DNA of 64,000 bases from Nanoarchaeota archaeon SCGC AAA011-G17 (GCA_000402515.1 AQRL01000035.1:36006-100005), one strand, 5' to 3'; shown: positions 29,301 through 39,251, numbered from the stretch's first letter. Made by a program: numbers and translations. Notes: generated by a model from the sequence alone, not told the origin.

Positions 29301-31330
29301 TTGAAAACTATAAAACCATTGGTGTTGTAAAAAAATTGAGGGAAGTTAATATTAATAATTTTACAAAACACAGTAGACAAATGATGTATAAACTTAGGAC
29401 CTCCTTAGGTAAGGAGGTGATTGTTACAGAAAATCATAAGTTCATTATTGATGGTAAAATTAAAAGAATGTGTGATTTGAATATTGGGGATAGGTTACCC
29501 TTGGCATATAAAATAAATATAAAATCAAAAGATAAAAGAGAAATTAACTTATTGAAATATCTGAAGGATGAGAATTTAATGGTTAGGGGAATTAGTAATA
29601 TTCTCTCTAAATTAAAACAAGATAAGATTATTAAAATTCTTGATGGATTAGAAATAAGTAAAAAACAGTTTATGAATTTTAGGTTGAGAGATAGTTACCC
29701 CCTTTCTTTTGTTTTGGGGTTGGATAAGAATATTCAAAATGAAATTTTTAATATCGGAAAAATTGCTGCGAAAAGAGATAATATAGAAACTCCAATAAAA
29801 ATAAATTTAGGTGATGATTTACTTGAAGTTATTGGTTTGTATATAGCTGAAGGTTATTCCAGAACAGTTAAGCCAAAGAAAGGTCTAAATCAGGTATATA
29901 TTGCATCAAATGATGTGGATATTAAAAATTTTATCAAGAAGGTTATTAAAAAATATTTTGGATTGATCCCTACAGAAAATAAAAATGATAGAGTTACCTT
30001 TTCTTCAAAAATATTTTATCTGTTCATCTCAAAAATTCTTGGCTGCGGTAATAATGCTAAAAATAAAAGAATACCTAGTCTGTTTTTAGATTTGCCTTGT
30101 GATAGATTGGCTTGTGTTTTGAGGGGATATTATGAAGGGGATGGAAGTGTTTCTTTGAGTGACAGGAGAGTTAGTTGTGATAGTGTAAGTGATGGTCTAC
30201 TTTATGATTTGGAATTTTGTTTAGGTCGATTTGGAATTTTTGTTAAGAGATATAAATATAAAAAACAGCCAGGTCCAAAGGTTAGACAGTTTTATATTAA
30301 CAAAAAAAGAGACATCCCTGAATTTGAGATAACTAAATTAATCATTGGTTCAAACTTTGTTGATAATTTTATGAAGATTGGATTTTTATCTGAAAGGAAA
30401 AAACGTATTTTAAGATTTCATAAAGATAAAAAATATTTGGGCATGAGGATTGATTATGATGAGAATTTTGTTTATGATCCTGTAATTTTAATAGATTATG
30501 TTGGTGAAAAAGAGAGTTACTGTTTAAATATTGATTCTGATAATCATTTAGTTTTAGCAAATTCAATTATTAGTAAACAATGCGATGGCGATGAGGCCGC
30601 GGTTATGCTGCTGATGGATGCTTTACTAAACTTTTCAAGGAAATATTTACCCGGGCATAGAGGTGCAAAGCAGGATGCCCCCTTGGTTCTAACCTCTTGC
30701 TTAATCCCCGGAGAGGTAGATGATATGGTTTTTGATATGGATATTGTCAATAGTTATGGTCTAGAATTTTATGAGGCTACCCAGGAATATAAACTTCCGG
30801 GAGATATAAAATTAGAGCTTATTAAAAATAGATTAGGAAAAGATGAACAGTATTTTAATTTTGGATTTACCCATGATACTACAGATATTAATCTGGGTGT
30901 TACAATAAGTGCTTACAAAAAGCTACCAACAATGATGGAAAAGGTTTTTGGACAGATGGATATTGCTGAAAAAATAAGGGCTGTTGATGAGGATGATGTT
31001 GCTAGATTAATTATTGAAAGGCATTTTATGAGAGATATTAAGGGTAATTTAAGAAAATTCAGCCAGCAGGAATTTAGGTGTGTTGCATGTAATGAGAAAT
31101 TCAGAAGACCTCCATTAACAGGCGTTTGTCTGAAATGTGGCGGAAAAATAATATTTACCATTGCTGAAGGAGGGATTACCAAATATATGGAGCCTGCTTT
31201 AAGCTTGGCTGAAAAATATGACCTGCCTGCTTATCTTAGGCAGGATTTGGAGCTGACACAGAAGAGAATTGAAAGTGTGTTTAGCAAAGACAAGGAGAAA
31301 CAGGAAGGATTGGGGAAGTGGTTTGGTTAG
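26357..31330 (+). CDS. DNA polymerase II (PolD) large subunit DP2, containing one 470-aa LAGLIDADG intein
   Basis: Extein is about 1187 aa. The catalytic motif is split: 'HPYFHCAVRRD' | intein | 'CDGDEAAVMLLMD'. C-terminal Zn finger 'CVACNEKF...CLKCGG'. Confidence 0.85.
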   Translation: MSKEDSEKYFDEINKKINVAYAIASEARKEGYDPVDSVEIPIAKNMAERVVGLISSIVPQIKDTNIVERIHELEKEYGSQDWRVALKIAEEVTKEKFCKFKDKLGAMEVGIRVGIAYVTNGVVASPLEGFTGIKIRKRRDGGEYFSLFFSGPIRSAGGTGASVSVLIGDYIRKIMGYQKYDPDEKEISRFVIELRDYHEKITNLQYFPSEEELKFMVENLPVQIDGDPSEKYDVSNYKGLDRMDTNKLRNGVCLVLGEGLTQKAPKLWAKINTWGKEFGMDDWFFLDKFLKLQKSMKAKEKKSDADSNVKIKPDYTYINDLVAGRPVLGHPLRNGAFRLRYGRARNSGLSGTAIHPATMIILNEYIAIGTQLKWERPGKGTVVSSCDSIEGPIVKLNNGCVLLLENVDDARKYSKDVEEIIFLGDALISYGDFKNRAHPLVPCGYNEEWWKLEFDKAIKNKGIIEITQELDVDKEFVKNLFKERYVKVSFDNALKISKKLDIPMHPRWTYHFKNINQEQFLSLMDWLENVSVKRDEKFKIILPFIFDTAKLVEKPDPKRVLELLGIPHLVVNKEYVVIEGDDAKAFAFSLGFLEKNIDEDLLKLIGKNLREDILELINKISGIKFRDKNGTFIGARMGRPEKAKIRKMTGSPHVLFPVGAEGGRLRCFQEALDKKSVTADFPVYLCEGCSRETIYPTCEYCHKKTKKRYYSNKTKMFLDEPPENITKSNFGEYLPHRKKAVDINYFFDRAMQKLRIRTCPDLIKGVRGMSNEEHIPENLAKGILRAFHDIQVNKDGTIRYDMTELPITHFKPKEIGTSVERLKELGYEKDIEGKDLINDEQILELKVQDVILPSCDGSFERGADEILFRVGNFVDDLLVKFYDMDSFYNFKEKGDLVGHLVLCLAPHISAGMIGRIVGFSKTQGFYAHPYFHCAVRRDCFDYNTFITIKENDIWKNLKIGDLVERLNPEKVVDNFNTKEIKVENYKTIGVVKKLREVNINNFTKHSRQMMYKLRTSLGKEVIVTENHKFIIDGKIKRMCDLNIGDRLPLAYKINIKSKDKREINLLKYLKDENLMVRGISNILSKLKQDKIIKILDGLEISKKQFMNFRLRDSYPLSFVLGLDKNIQNEIFNIGKIAAKRDNIETPIKINLGDDLLEVIGLYIAEGYSRTVKPKKGLNQVYIASNDVDIKNFIKKVIKKYFGLIPTENKNDRVTFSSKIFYLFISKILGCGNNAKNKRIPSLFLDLPCDRLACVLRGYYEGDGSVSLSDRRVSCDSVSDGLLYDLEFCLGRFGIFVKRYKYKKQPGPKVRQFYINKKRDIPEFEITKLIIGSNFVDNFMKIGFLSERKKRILRFHKDKKYLGMRIDYDENFVYDPVILIDYVGEKESYCLNIDSDNHLVLANSIISKQCDGDEAAVMLLMDALLNFSRKYLPGHRGAKQDAPLVLTSCLIPGEVDDMVFDMDIVNSYGLEFYEATQEYKLPGDIKLELIKNRLGKDEQYFNFGFTHDTTDINLGVTISAYKKLPTMMEKVFGQMDIAEKIRAVDEDDVARLIIERHFMRDIKGNLRKFSQQEFRCVACNEKFRRPPLTGVCLKCGGKIIFTIAEGGITKYMEPALSLAEKYDLPAYLRQDLELTQKRIESVFSKDKEKQEGLGKWFG
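29171..30580 (+). other. Intein in DP2 (Hint domain + LAGLIDADG homing endonuclease), Cys1 ... C-terminal Gln
   Basis: Starts 'CFDYNTFITIKENDIW'. LAGLIDADG motifs 'LLEVIGLYIAEGYS' and 'CVLRGYYEGDGSVS'. Ends 'YCLNIDSDNHLVLANSIISKQ' immediately before extein 'CDGDE'. Length is an exact multiple of 3 (1410 nt). Confidence 0.8.
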
Positions 31331-32529
31331 AGAAGAAAGTATAGTATAACGGGGATAATCAAACAGCCCATCATATGGTTTTTTGCAATTCCTAATAAAG
31401 ACGGAACAATACCAAATGCAGTTGAAATTAATAACACTAATAGTCCTAGAGGACCGGTTAGGATTATAACTATTGCAACAATAAAAATAATTATTCCAAT
31501 ACAGAGTTTTTGATAGTTTATTTTTGTTATTATAGAGGAAAAGATTCTTGCTATTCCTTTTGTTAGATAATATGCTATGAATGCACTAACTAATGTCGCT
31601 GCTAAAAAAATTATAAAATCAGAAAATGTTATTTTTTCCATTATTTTTGAGATGATAACTACTGAGCCATTTCTTGCTTTGTCTATTGTGTAGAGTGCGA
31701 TAAATGAGATTACCATGACGACTGTGTTTATTGCTCCCGTTAGCAACAAGAAATATTCTGAGGTTATTTTTTTGAATGGTGAAGAAGCAATTATTGCTGC
31801 CTCTGCCGGTCCTATTCCAGGGAGGAATCCGCACAGAGAGGAGGTTATCAATCCTGATGAGAGTACTTTTGCAGATTCTTTTTTTTCTAACTTTGGATTT
31901 GTAATTTTTTGGGGGGGTATTTTTGACTTTTCAGATAAACTCACAATTAAAATAGAAATACCAAATAAACCAGATAATAATGGAAGAAGCGGCTGTTTTA
32001 GTGTTGGCAGATTGAAGACTGCTATTCCTAACGTCCCTGATAATAAAAATATTATTAATGCTAATAATCTGGATTTATGCTCCTTGGATATTAAAAAGAT
32101 TGATGAGATAATTAAGATATAGGGGATGTAATCTTTGATTAAGGGATAAGTAAATTTTACAAAGGGTATCAATAAAGGGGTAATCATCAATGTCAGGATA
32201 ACTGCTGCTAATGAGCCAATTGCAGTCAGCATTACTGCCTCATACCCTCTTCCTTCTAAGAGCAATCTGTGCCCCGGAAGAACAGAAAGCACTTGGTCTG
32301 AATCTGGCGCCCCAAGGAAAATAGACGGAAGCGCATCCAAGAAAGTGTGGGTTATTGACATTGCAATTATAAACACTGAGATTGTTACTGGTGAAATAAA
32401 ATTCAATAAAAAGTATGAAGCTGAGAAGGTTAATACTGCCACCAGATTTATATGCAGACCCGGAGTTAAACCTGTTATTATCCCGGTAAAACATCCAAGA
32501 AGTATTGCAATCAACAGTTCAAGAATCAT
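31327..32529 (-). CDS. Polytopic membrane protein, TctA/DUF112-like
   Basis: At least 10 TM helices. 'GFLPGIGPAEAAII' resembles the TctA-family G.PG.G loop. Confidence 0.4.
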   Translation of the reverse strand: MILELLIAILLGCFTGIITGLTPGLHINLVAVLTFSASYFLLNFISPVTISVFIIAMSITHTFLDALPSIFLGAPDSDQVLSVLPGHRLLLEGRGYEAVMLTAIGSLAAVILTLMITPLLIPFVKFTYPLIKDYIPYILIISSIFLISKEHKSRLLALIIFLLSGTLGIAVFNLPTLKQPLLPLLSGLFGISILIVSLSEKSKIPPQKITNPKLEKKESAKVLSSGLITSSLCGFLPGIGPAEAAIIASSPFKKITSEYFLLLTGAINTVVMVISFIALYTIDKARNGSVVIISKIMEKITFSDFIIFLAATLVSAFIAYYLTKGIARIFSSIITKINYQKLCIGIIIFIVAIVIILTGPLGLLVLLISTAFGIVPSLLGIAKNHMMGCLIIPVILYFLL

Positions 32530-32875
32530 TTTTAATAGTTATCTCATCTGCTATTATTTCCAAGACATTGTTATATTCAGCTATCTTCCCTGTAACACTT
32601 ATATTTTCTCCCTTGGTCAGGTTAATCTGGAAATCCTTGAAGGCAACCACTGTCATTTTTGAAGTATTGTCTTTTAGGTCAAGAAGGAATAAACCTGGAA
32701 GATCTTTTGTTTTTGTTATTGTTCCCTCAATTTTTATCTGTGTGTCCAGCTGTTTGTCTGTTATATCATTTATTTGATAGTATTTTGGCTGGGAGAATTC
32801 TGCAATTGACAACAAGAGAAAAATACCTAGAATGGATATGACAAGGCAAATTTTCAGCAATCTTTTTTCATTCAT
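32519..32875 (-). CDS. Membrane-anchored OB-fold (tRNA_anti/BOF-like) nucleic-acid-binding protein
   Basis: N-terminal TM/signal anchor, then a short beta-rich OB-like domain 'IKIEGTITKTKDLPGLFLLDLKDNTSKMTVVAF'. Confidence 0.45.
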   Translation of the reverse strand: MNEKRLLKICLVISILGIFLLLSIAEFSQPKYYQINDITDKQLDTQIKIEGTITKTKDLPGLFLLDLKDNTSKMTVVAFKDFQINLTKGENISVTGKIAEYNNVLEIIADEITIKNDS

Positions 32876-32989
32876 CGGATTAGAGAAAGTTTTATATTAT
32901 AAATAAGTCTTTTGCTTTTGAAAAAATATCAGGACTCTACAACTTTAGTAGGGAAACATTTATAAAATTATACCAAAGTTAGACTGCTT

Positions 32990-33349
32990 ATGCATACTAA
33001 ACACCCCAAAAGATTTATTATATCCATATCTGTAATAATCTTTGTAGTATTGTTAATTACTATTTTCTATCTCTCTAAAACACTTTCCAATAGCTATAAT
33101 GAAACCATGCCTATTTGGGTACACAAGGGAACTATAATCCACAACACAGCTGAAGGAAAAGATTTTTGGGGATTGAAAATAAGCTTTTTGGATCGTCCAT
33201 TTGGTCCGAGAAAATTACGAATAAGCAATCTCTCCAATGATTTCCAATTAGATCAATTAAAAGTAAGAGTTAAATATGGAACAGCTGATGTAATAGGCAC
33301 TTCCGACTGGGATGTGATAGTTAAAATTATTGATATTCAAAAGATTTAG
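32990..33349 (+). CDS. membrane-anchored hypothetical protein
   Basis: N-terminal TM helix followed by a 90-aa domain. Confidence 0.3.
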   Translation: MHTKHPKRFIISISVIIFVVLLITIFYLSKTLSNSYNETMPIWVHKGTIIHNTAEGKDFWGLKISFLDRPFGPRKLRISNLSNDFQLDQLKVRVKYGTADVIGTSDWDVIVKIIDIQKI

Positions 33350-33374
33350 ATAGAGATTCTGATTAAGAATTTAA

Positions 33375-34691
33375 TTATATTTTTTCTAATATATTTTTGG
33401 TATACAGTCCTTTATCTGTTAATTCGTAGATTCCTCTCCTTATTTTTTGTACTGTCCCTTCATTTATTCTTTTTTTAACCCAGTTATAACATATTTTTTT
33501 AGGCATTAATTCTCTTATATGGTTTCCACAAAATATTGGATTGAGATTTTTGAAATGTTTTTGAGATTTATACCACCTATGATTTTTTAAATTCCATATT
33601 AGTTTTTGATGTTGTTTTTTGGAATCTTTTATTAAATCTGTTTCTATTAACTTTAATAATTTATCCCAGTTTAAGTAAATATTCAAAATGTATAGATTTT
33701 TATTTCCTTCTTTTCTGATTTTTCCATTTAATTCTAATTTTTCCAATAATCTTTTGTAATCTTCTATGTATTGTCTTTCTCTTTCAAAAAATCTAAGAAA
33801 GGAATGCAAACTTCCATGTTTGTCTTTAGCACAAGCAAAGTTTCCATCCCCATTGAATAGGCCCCTTAGAAATAATTTAGTTAATTTTTCACTTTCTTTA
33901 TCACAATTTTCTGATAAATAGTTTCTTGTTTTGTCCACCATATTAATAAATATATCTGTTAAGATACTACTACTTATCCATAATTTAATGCTGTAATTCC
34001 TAATTCTTTTAGCTTTGTTTATATAGAGATTTTCTTCTCTTATACCATATTTAATTAGTTTTTCTTTAACTTTTTCAATTCTATCTTTACTGAGTTTTTT
34101 ATTATAATAAATTGTTGTTTTTATTATTTTTATGTCTATAAGGTATTTTAACAGACCTATAAAATCTTTTATTATTTTTAACGAAGTATTAACAAAAGAA
34201 AATTCTCTTGCTCGTCTTTTAGCTAATTTGGGCTTTCCTCCTTCTGCTTGATAATATCCTAAACATTTTGCAAACTTGGAAGGCATATTTTTATTGATTA
34301 TTACTTCTTTAGAACCTCCATAATTCAGATACCAACATAATAATTTGTTTTTCTTTTCTAAAACTAAAATAGGATATCCTGATAATGTTTTTTCTGGAAT
34401 GAATGCTAAACTATTAAACTTGTTATTTTTGATTATCTCTTTTTCTCTTTTTATATTTTTTATTTCTTTTATATTAATTGTAATTATATCTTTAGGTTCT
34501 AAGTTTAGTTTCTTCCTTATATCCCTTGGTATGAAAAATCTTCTTTCTTTGTTAAGGTATTTTATAAATGAGAGTGATTTATTATTTTTTTGTATTTCTA
34601 CTTCAAAAAATTTATCTTTAAATTTATGATATTCTTCTTTGTGTAAATAGATTCTTCCATCTTTTAATATAGTCTCTTGTTCTGTTGACAT
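33375..34691 (-). CDS. Free-standing LAGLIDADG-family endonuclease-like protein with N-terminal AbrB-like and C-terminal wHTH regions
   Basis: 'CLGYYQAEGG' and 'FLRGLFNGDGNF' LAGLIDADG motifs. C-terminal 'IRRGIYELTDKGLY'. Confidence 0.45.
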   Translation of the reverse strand: MSTEQETILKDGRIYLHKEEYHKFKDKFFEVEIQKNNKSLSFIKYLNKERRFFIPRDIRKKLNLEPKDIITINIKEIKNIKREKEIIKNNKFNSLAFIPEKTLSGYPILVLEKKNKLLCWYLNYGGSKEVIINKNMPSKFAKCLGYYQAEGGKPKLAKRRAREFSFVNTSLKIIKDFIGLLKYLIDIKIIKTTIYYNKKLSKDRIEKVKEKLIKYGIREENLYINKAKRIRNYSIKLWISSSILTDIFINMVDKTRNYLSENCDKESEKLTKLFLRGLFNGDGNFACAKDKHGSLHSFLRFFERERQYIEDYKRLLEKLELNGKIRKEGNKNLYILNIYLNWDKLLKLIETDLIKDSKKQHQKLIWNLKNHRWYKSQKHFKNLNPIFCGNHIRELMPKKICYNWVKKRINEGTVQKIRRGIYELTDKGLYTKNILEKI

Positions 34692-34692
34692 T

Positions 34693-34884
34693 TTATTCTT
34701 TTTTAATTATTATTGTTAGCTCATCTCCGACTTTGAGTTCCCACTTTTTGACTATTCTTTTTGGTATTGTTATCACATAACCATTGCCTGTTTTCCATAA
34801 TTTTGTATCTACTTCTCTTCTCATTTTGTATTTATTTTGTAAATACTTTAGCCTATATAAATATTGTTGTTTTATAGAATACAT
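34693..34884 (-). CDS. AbrB/MazE/SpoVT-type swapped-hairpin DNA-binding protein
   Basis: 'GNGYVITIPKRIVKKWELKVGDELTIIIKKE'. Confidence 0.45.
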   Translation of the reverse strand: MYSIKQQYLYRLKYLQNKYKMRREVDTKLWKTGNGYVITIPKRIVKKWELKVGDELTIIIKKE

Positions 34885-34944
34885 TTGGGTATTGAAAGAA
34901 TAGTTAAATTTATATTATATACAGCATTTTTAACTTCTATGGGA

Positions 34945-35979
34945 ATGTCGTCATTTGAATTAATAAAGAGAAACACACAAGAGATTATTACTGAGCATGA
35001 ATTGAAGGATTTGTTAATGGAAAAAGCTCATCCAATTGCTTATATTGGTTACGCTACTACTAATTTATTACATATAGGGCATTTTTTACCTATTGTGAAA
35101 GTAGCGGATTTTTTAAAGGCGGGCTTTAATTTTAAGTTTTTACTTGCTAATTTACATGCACATCTAGATGATCAGAAGAGTCCCTGGAGTTTGTTGGACG
35201 CTAGAACTGCGGTTTATGAAGAATTAGTTAGAAATATGCTTAACTCTATTGGTGCTGATATAACAAGACTGAAATTTGTAAAGGGAAGTGATTTCCAGAC
35301 AGAGCAGCAGTATAGCATTGATGTTTTAAGAATGAGTGCTTTGACAACTTTGAGTAGGGTTAAGAGGGCTGCTTCTGAGGTGGTTAGGTTTGGTGATGAA
35401 CCAAAGATGGGTGGATTTATTTATCCTTTAATGCAGTGTGAGGATGTAGTTGCTTTAGAAGCAGATATTGCATTTGGCGGGATTGATCAGAGAGGAATTT
35501 ACATGCTTGGTAGAGAATTATTACCCGAGCTTGGATACAAGAAGCCATTATGTGTGTTTTCCCCATTATTACCTTCTTTTAGTGGCGGAAGGATGGGTGG
35601 AAAAATGAGCTCTTCTGAAAATAAGGGAAAGGTTGGTTTATTGGATGAGGAAGATGCAGTTAATAAGAAAGTAAATGATGCGTATTGCCCTGAAGGAATT
35701 ATCAAAGAGAATGGGGTTATGGCTTTTGTTGAATATATTATATTTCCATTAAAATATGACCAAGGCAAGAAACTTAAGATTGAGAGAAGTATTAAATTTG
35801 GAGGAGATGTTGAGTATACTAGCTATAAAGAACTTGAGAAAGACTTTGTTAAAAAAGAATTACATCCTATGGATTTGAAAAAAGCTATAAGCAGAGAGAT
35901 TAATATTTTATTAGAACCAATAAGGAAGAATTTCAGCAAGAAAAAAGATTTGTTAAGGGAAGCTTATCCTGAAAAATGA
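34945..35979 (+). CDS. tyrS: Tyrosyl-tRNA synthetase (archaeal type)
   Basis: Near-collinear with M. jannaschii TyrRS: 'FELIKRNTQEIITEHELKDLL', 'HIGH' ('LHIGHF'), 'KMSSSE' (KMSKS), 'ELHPMDLKKAI'. Confidence 0.9.
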   Translation: MSSFELIKRNTQEIITEHELKDLLMEKAHPIAYIGYATTNLLHIGHFLPIVKVADFLKAGFNFKFLLANLHAHLDDQKSPWSLLDARTAVYEELVRNMLNSIGADITRLKFVKGSDFQTEQQYSIDVLRMSALTTLSRVKRAASEVVRFGDEPKMGGFIYPLMQCEDVVALEADIAFGGIDQRGIYMLGRELLPELGYKKPLCVFSPLLPSFSGGRMGGKMSSSENKGKVGLLDEEDAVNKKVNDAYCPEGIIKENGVMAFVEYIIFPLKYDQGKKLKIERSIKFGGDVEYTSYKELEKDFVKKELHPMDLKKAISREINILLEPIRKNFSKKKDLLREAYPEK

Positions 35980-36437
35980 AGATTCTTGTTATATTTTATT
36001 CTAGAACCGGAACAACCAAAACGGTTGGAGAAAATATTGCAAATATTTTGAAATGTGATTCTGAGGAAATTTTTGATACAAAAGATAGAATGGGAGTAAT
36101 GGGCTATATGCAAGCAGGCAAGGATGCTATGTTAAAGAAACTTACAAAATTAAAAAAAATACAAAAAACTTCTGGATTGTATGATTTGGTTATAATTGGC
36201 GGTCCTGTCTGGGGATTTACAGTTTCTACTCCCATAAGAACTTACATTACAGAAAATAAATTCAAGAATGTTGCTTTTTTTTGCACCCAAGGGGGGAGTG
36301 GAGCAGAAAAGGCATTTAGTGAAATGGAAAGATTAACTGGAAAAAAGCCAAAGGCATTACTTGTCTTGAGAACAAAAGAGGTTTTAGATGGAAGCTATTC
36401 CAATAAAGTTAAAAATTTTGTTAAAGAAATTAAGTAA
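35976..36437 (+). CDS. Flavodoxin-like fold protein
   Basis: 'MKILVIFYSRTGTTK' flavodoxin phosphate-binding loop. About 150 aa. Confidence 0.55.
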   Translation: MKILVIFYSRTGTTKTVGENIANILKCDSEEIFDTKDRMGVMGYMQAGKDAMLKKLTKLKKIQKTSGLYDLVIIGGPVWGFTVSTPIRTYITENKFKNVAFFCTQGGSGAEKAFSEMERLTGKKPKALLVLRTKEVLDGSYSNKVKNFVKEIK

Positions 36438-38165
36438 TTATTCAATCTCCTTTATCATCCTTCCAATCTGATCAAATCCTTTCTGCCAGAATCTCTCATC
36501 ATCAATATCAAAACCAAGTTCTTTTACTAAATCCTTTGGCGATTTTGATGAACCTTCTGACAGCATTTGGATTAGTTTTTGTTTTGTATTTTTATTTTCT
36601 AAATATGCTGAATATACTGCCAATGATAAAAGATTTCCAAATGCATATGCATAACAATAGAAGGGAGTATTAAAGATATGGCGGATGTATAACCATTCAT
36701 ATTTGAAATAATTTGGAATATACATCTCTGGGCAAAAATGCTTTTTTATTCTATTAAGATACAAATCACTAATTTCATCTACTGTTGGGTTATTTTTTAT
36801 TATCTTATGGATTTCTTTTTCAAATTCTACAAATTCTATCTGCCTTGCTATAGTCCCATATAGTTGATCTAACTGCTGAAAGATTAATTCCTTTGCAATA
36901 GATGGATTTTCTTTTTTTAGTTTTTCAATTAAAATTAATTCTGAGAAGATAGATGCTGTTTCTGCTATTGGCAAGGCTGAATGGGCATTAAATATGTTCT
37001 GTTTTTTTGCCGATAAAATGAAATGTATAGCATGACCTAATTCATGCGCTAATGTTGTTGTACTTTCATAATTATCTGTGAAATTTATTAAGATATATGG
37101 ATAAATTTCTGGGATTGAACTGGAGCAAAATCCTCCCCCTCTTTTTCCCCTTTGGATTGTTGAATGAATATGCTTTTTATCCAGAATATTTCTTGCTTCA
37201 TTATAAAATATCTCTGAGAAATTTTTAAAAGAGGATAAAACTTTATCTGCTGCTTCTGAATAATTTATTTTTTCTTTTGATTTTTTTAAAGGAGCATAAA
37301 TATCTGTCCTGCTTATTTTTTTAATTTTTAATCTTTTGGCCTTTAGCTTGAAATATTTTTGAAATAATATTTGATTTTTTTGTGTAACTTTAATTAATGT
37401 CTCAATTGTTTTTTCAGATATATCCTGCGATTTGTTCCTTACAGATATTGGTGAAGGATATTTCCTCAAGAAGATGTTTTCATCATGCCAGTCTGATACT
37501 ACTGCCTTATAAATTTCTCCAATTATTTCTTTATGCTGAGAATAAGTGTTTATTAATGTTCTATATGCCAATTCACGAATTTTTGGACTTGGGTTTCTTA
37601 CTTCATTTACCAATTCTTCCTGCGTTACCTTCTTACCTTTAAAATCAAATAATAGATTAGATGATAGAATTTCATATATTCTGTCAATTATTTCTATTCC
37701 ATTTTTATCTTTAATATTTATTATCTTTTCTTCATTTTCTTTTAGTTTATACTTTTTATTTTTTACAATTTGCTCTAAATAATATTTAATGTGCGGGCAT
37801 GAGCCAATCAATCTTTTGATATCTTTTTCAGGAAAATCTACAAAATTTAAGCTAAACCAAAGAAGCCTATTGCTGATATCTGTGTCTATTTCATTTATTT
37901 TTGTTTCAAGTGCAATAGCCTTTTGATTTTTTGTATTTTCTGAGAACAAGAGAGCAGCGTATTGCTGTATCTTCGCTAAGCTTAAATGTAATTTTTCAAA
38001 ATTAGCTATAATTTCTCTGAACTTTTTTTCTGATATTTTATTATTAAATCTTGATTTATATGACTCTATCTTTTTTGTTATTAGCTCTACTTCAGATAAT
38101 AATCTTGGGATATCTTTTTCTGAAAGAATATCCTTTAAGTTCCATTCCTCTTTTTTGTAACCCAT
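36438..38165 (-). CDS. pepF: Oligoendopeptidase F (M3B family metallopeptidase)
   Basis: 'TLAHELGHAIH' HExxH zincin motif. About 575 aa. Confidence 0.8.
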   Translation of the reverse strand: MGYKKEEWNLKDILSEKDIPRLLSEVELITKKIESYKSRFNNKISEKKFREIIANFEKLHLSLAKIQQYAALLFSENTKNQKAIALETKINEIDTDISNRLLWFSLNFVDFPEKDIKRLIGSCPHIKYYLEQIVKNKKYKLKENEEKIINIKDKNGIEIIDRIYEILSSNLLFDFKGKKVTQEELVNEVRNPSPKIRELAYRTLINTYSQHKEIIGEIYKAVVSDWHDENIFLRKYPSPISVRNKSQDISEKTIETLIKVTQKNQILFQKYFKLKAKRLKIKKISRTDIYAPLKKSKEKINYSEAADKVLSSFKNFSEIFYNEARNILDKKHIHSTIQRGKRGGGFCSSSIPEIYPYILINFTDNYESTTTLAHELGHAIHFILSAKKQNIFNAHSALPIAETASIFSELILIEKLKKENPSIAKELIFQQLDQLYGTIARQIEFVEFEKEIHKIIKNNPTVDEISDLYLNRIKKHFCPEMYIPNYFKYEWLYIRHIFNTPFYCYAYAFGNLLSLAVYSAYLENKNTKQKLIQMLSEGSSKSPKDLVKELGFDIDDERFWQKGFDQIGRMIKEIE

Positions 38166-38174
38166 TTTAAGAAA

Positions 38175-39251
38175 TTAAATCAACCATTTGCCGTTTTTTT
38201 GAATGACTTTTCCATCTAAAATAATTTCCCCACCTTTTTTTAAATCTTTGACAATATCCCAGTGAATTGCTGAATCATTCGGCTGACCGCACTCTTTGTA
38301 AGCCATACCAAATGCCAAATGAATACTAAACATCTTTTTTTCATCAAATAAAAGTTCTTTTGTAAACCTATTAACTCTTGGATTCATTCCTATACCCAAC
38401 TCCCCGATATATCTTGAGCCTTTATCTGTATCAAGCATAGAATTCAAAAACCTTTCATTTTTGTCAGCTGTGGCCCTTACACATTTTCCATCTTTAAATT
38501 CGGCATAAATATTTGTAACCTCTACCCCTGATTTTATTGCTGGGTAGGTAAATCTTATATGTCCCTTTACAGATTTTGTAACTGGGGCGCAGAATATTTC
38601 ACCTCCTGGCATGTTTTCTTCTCCATAATCTGCAACAAAACTTTTATTGTATATCTCCATTTCTATATCTGTATCTTCACCAATTATCCTTACTTTTTTA
38701 CCTTTGTTTAACTGGTCTTTTAGATAACAGAACCTTTTTTTTAATTTTTCCCAGTCTTGTATCACTGAATTAAAAACAAAATCCTCAAATTCCTGGATAG
38801 ACATTTCTGCATCTTGTGCCAGGGCCTTGGTTGGATAACATGTTGTGCATCTTCTTATATTTGGCCTGCCATTTACTATATAATCCCCTACTGGTCTCAT
38901 AACTTTATTCCTTAAAGAAATAATCTTCGGATTAATATTCGTCAAATCCCTAGTATTACTCGGAGAGTTAATACTAAAATAGACTTGGACCTTTTTTAAT
39001 TCATTCATTCTTAGCTGCGGGAATTTACTAATTTGTTCTTCAGAGGCGTTTTTATAATAAATGTAGTTTAATTCAGGAAATTCAATATCTAATAAGGGAT
39101 ATGCCCCTTTTTTTAAAACTGCTTTGTAGAGTTCAAGAATTAAGGGCTTTGCTTCTGTTGTTCCCCTTATCTTTACATACTCCCCCTTTTTTACTTTCAT
39201 AGAATAATTAACAAGAATATTGGCAAGTTTTTCAACTCTTTTATCTACCAT
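38175..39251 (-). CDS. Aminopeptidase, M29 (AmpS/ApT)-like
   Basis: C-terminal 'GELGIGMN', 'SIHLAFG', 'SAIHWD' resemble M29 metal-binding motifs. Confidence 0.5.
   Translation of the reverse strand: MVDKRVEKLANILVNYSMKVKKGEYVKIRGTTEAKPLILELYKAVLKKGAYPLLDIEFPELNYIYYKNASEEQISKFPQLRMNELKKVQVYFSINSPSNTRDLTNINPKIISLRNKVMRPVGDYIVNGRPNIRRCTTCYPTKALAQDAEMSIQEFEDFVFNSVIQDWEKLKKRFCYLKDQLNKGKKVRIIGEDTDIEMEIYNKSFVADYGEENMPGGEIFCAPVTKSVKGHIRFTYPAIKSGVEVTNIYAEFKDGKCVRATADKNERFLNSMLDTDKGSRYIGELGIGMNPRVNRFTKELLFDEKKMFSIHLAFGMAYKECGQPNDSAIHWDIVKDLKKGGEIILDGKVIQKNGKWLI

Noticed and set aside
31327-32529. Linking the TctA-like transporter to the neighbouring DP2 or pilus systems.
   Set aside because: Convergent orientation and no functional logic. 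Probably an unrelated membrane protein.
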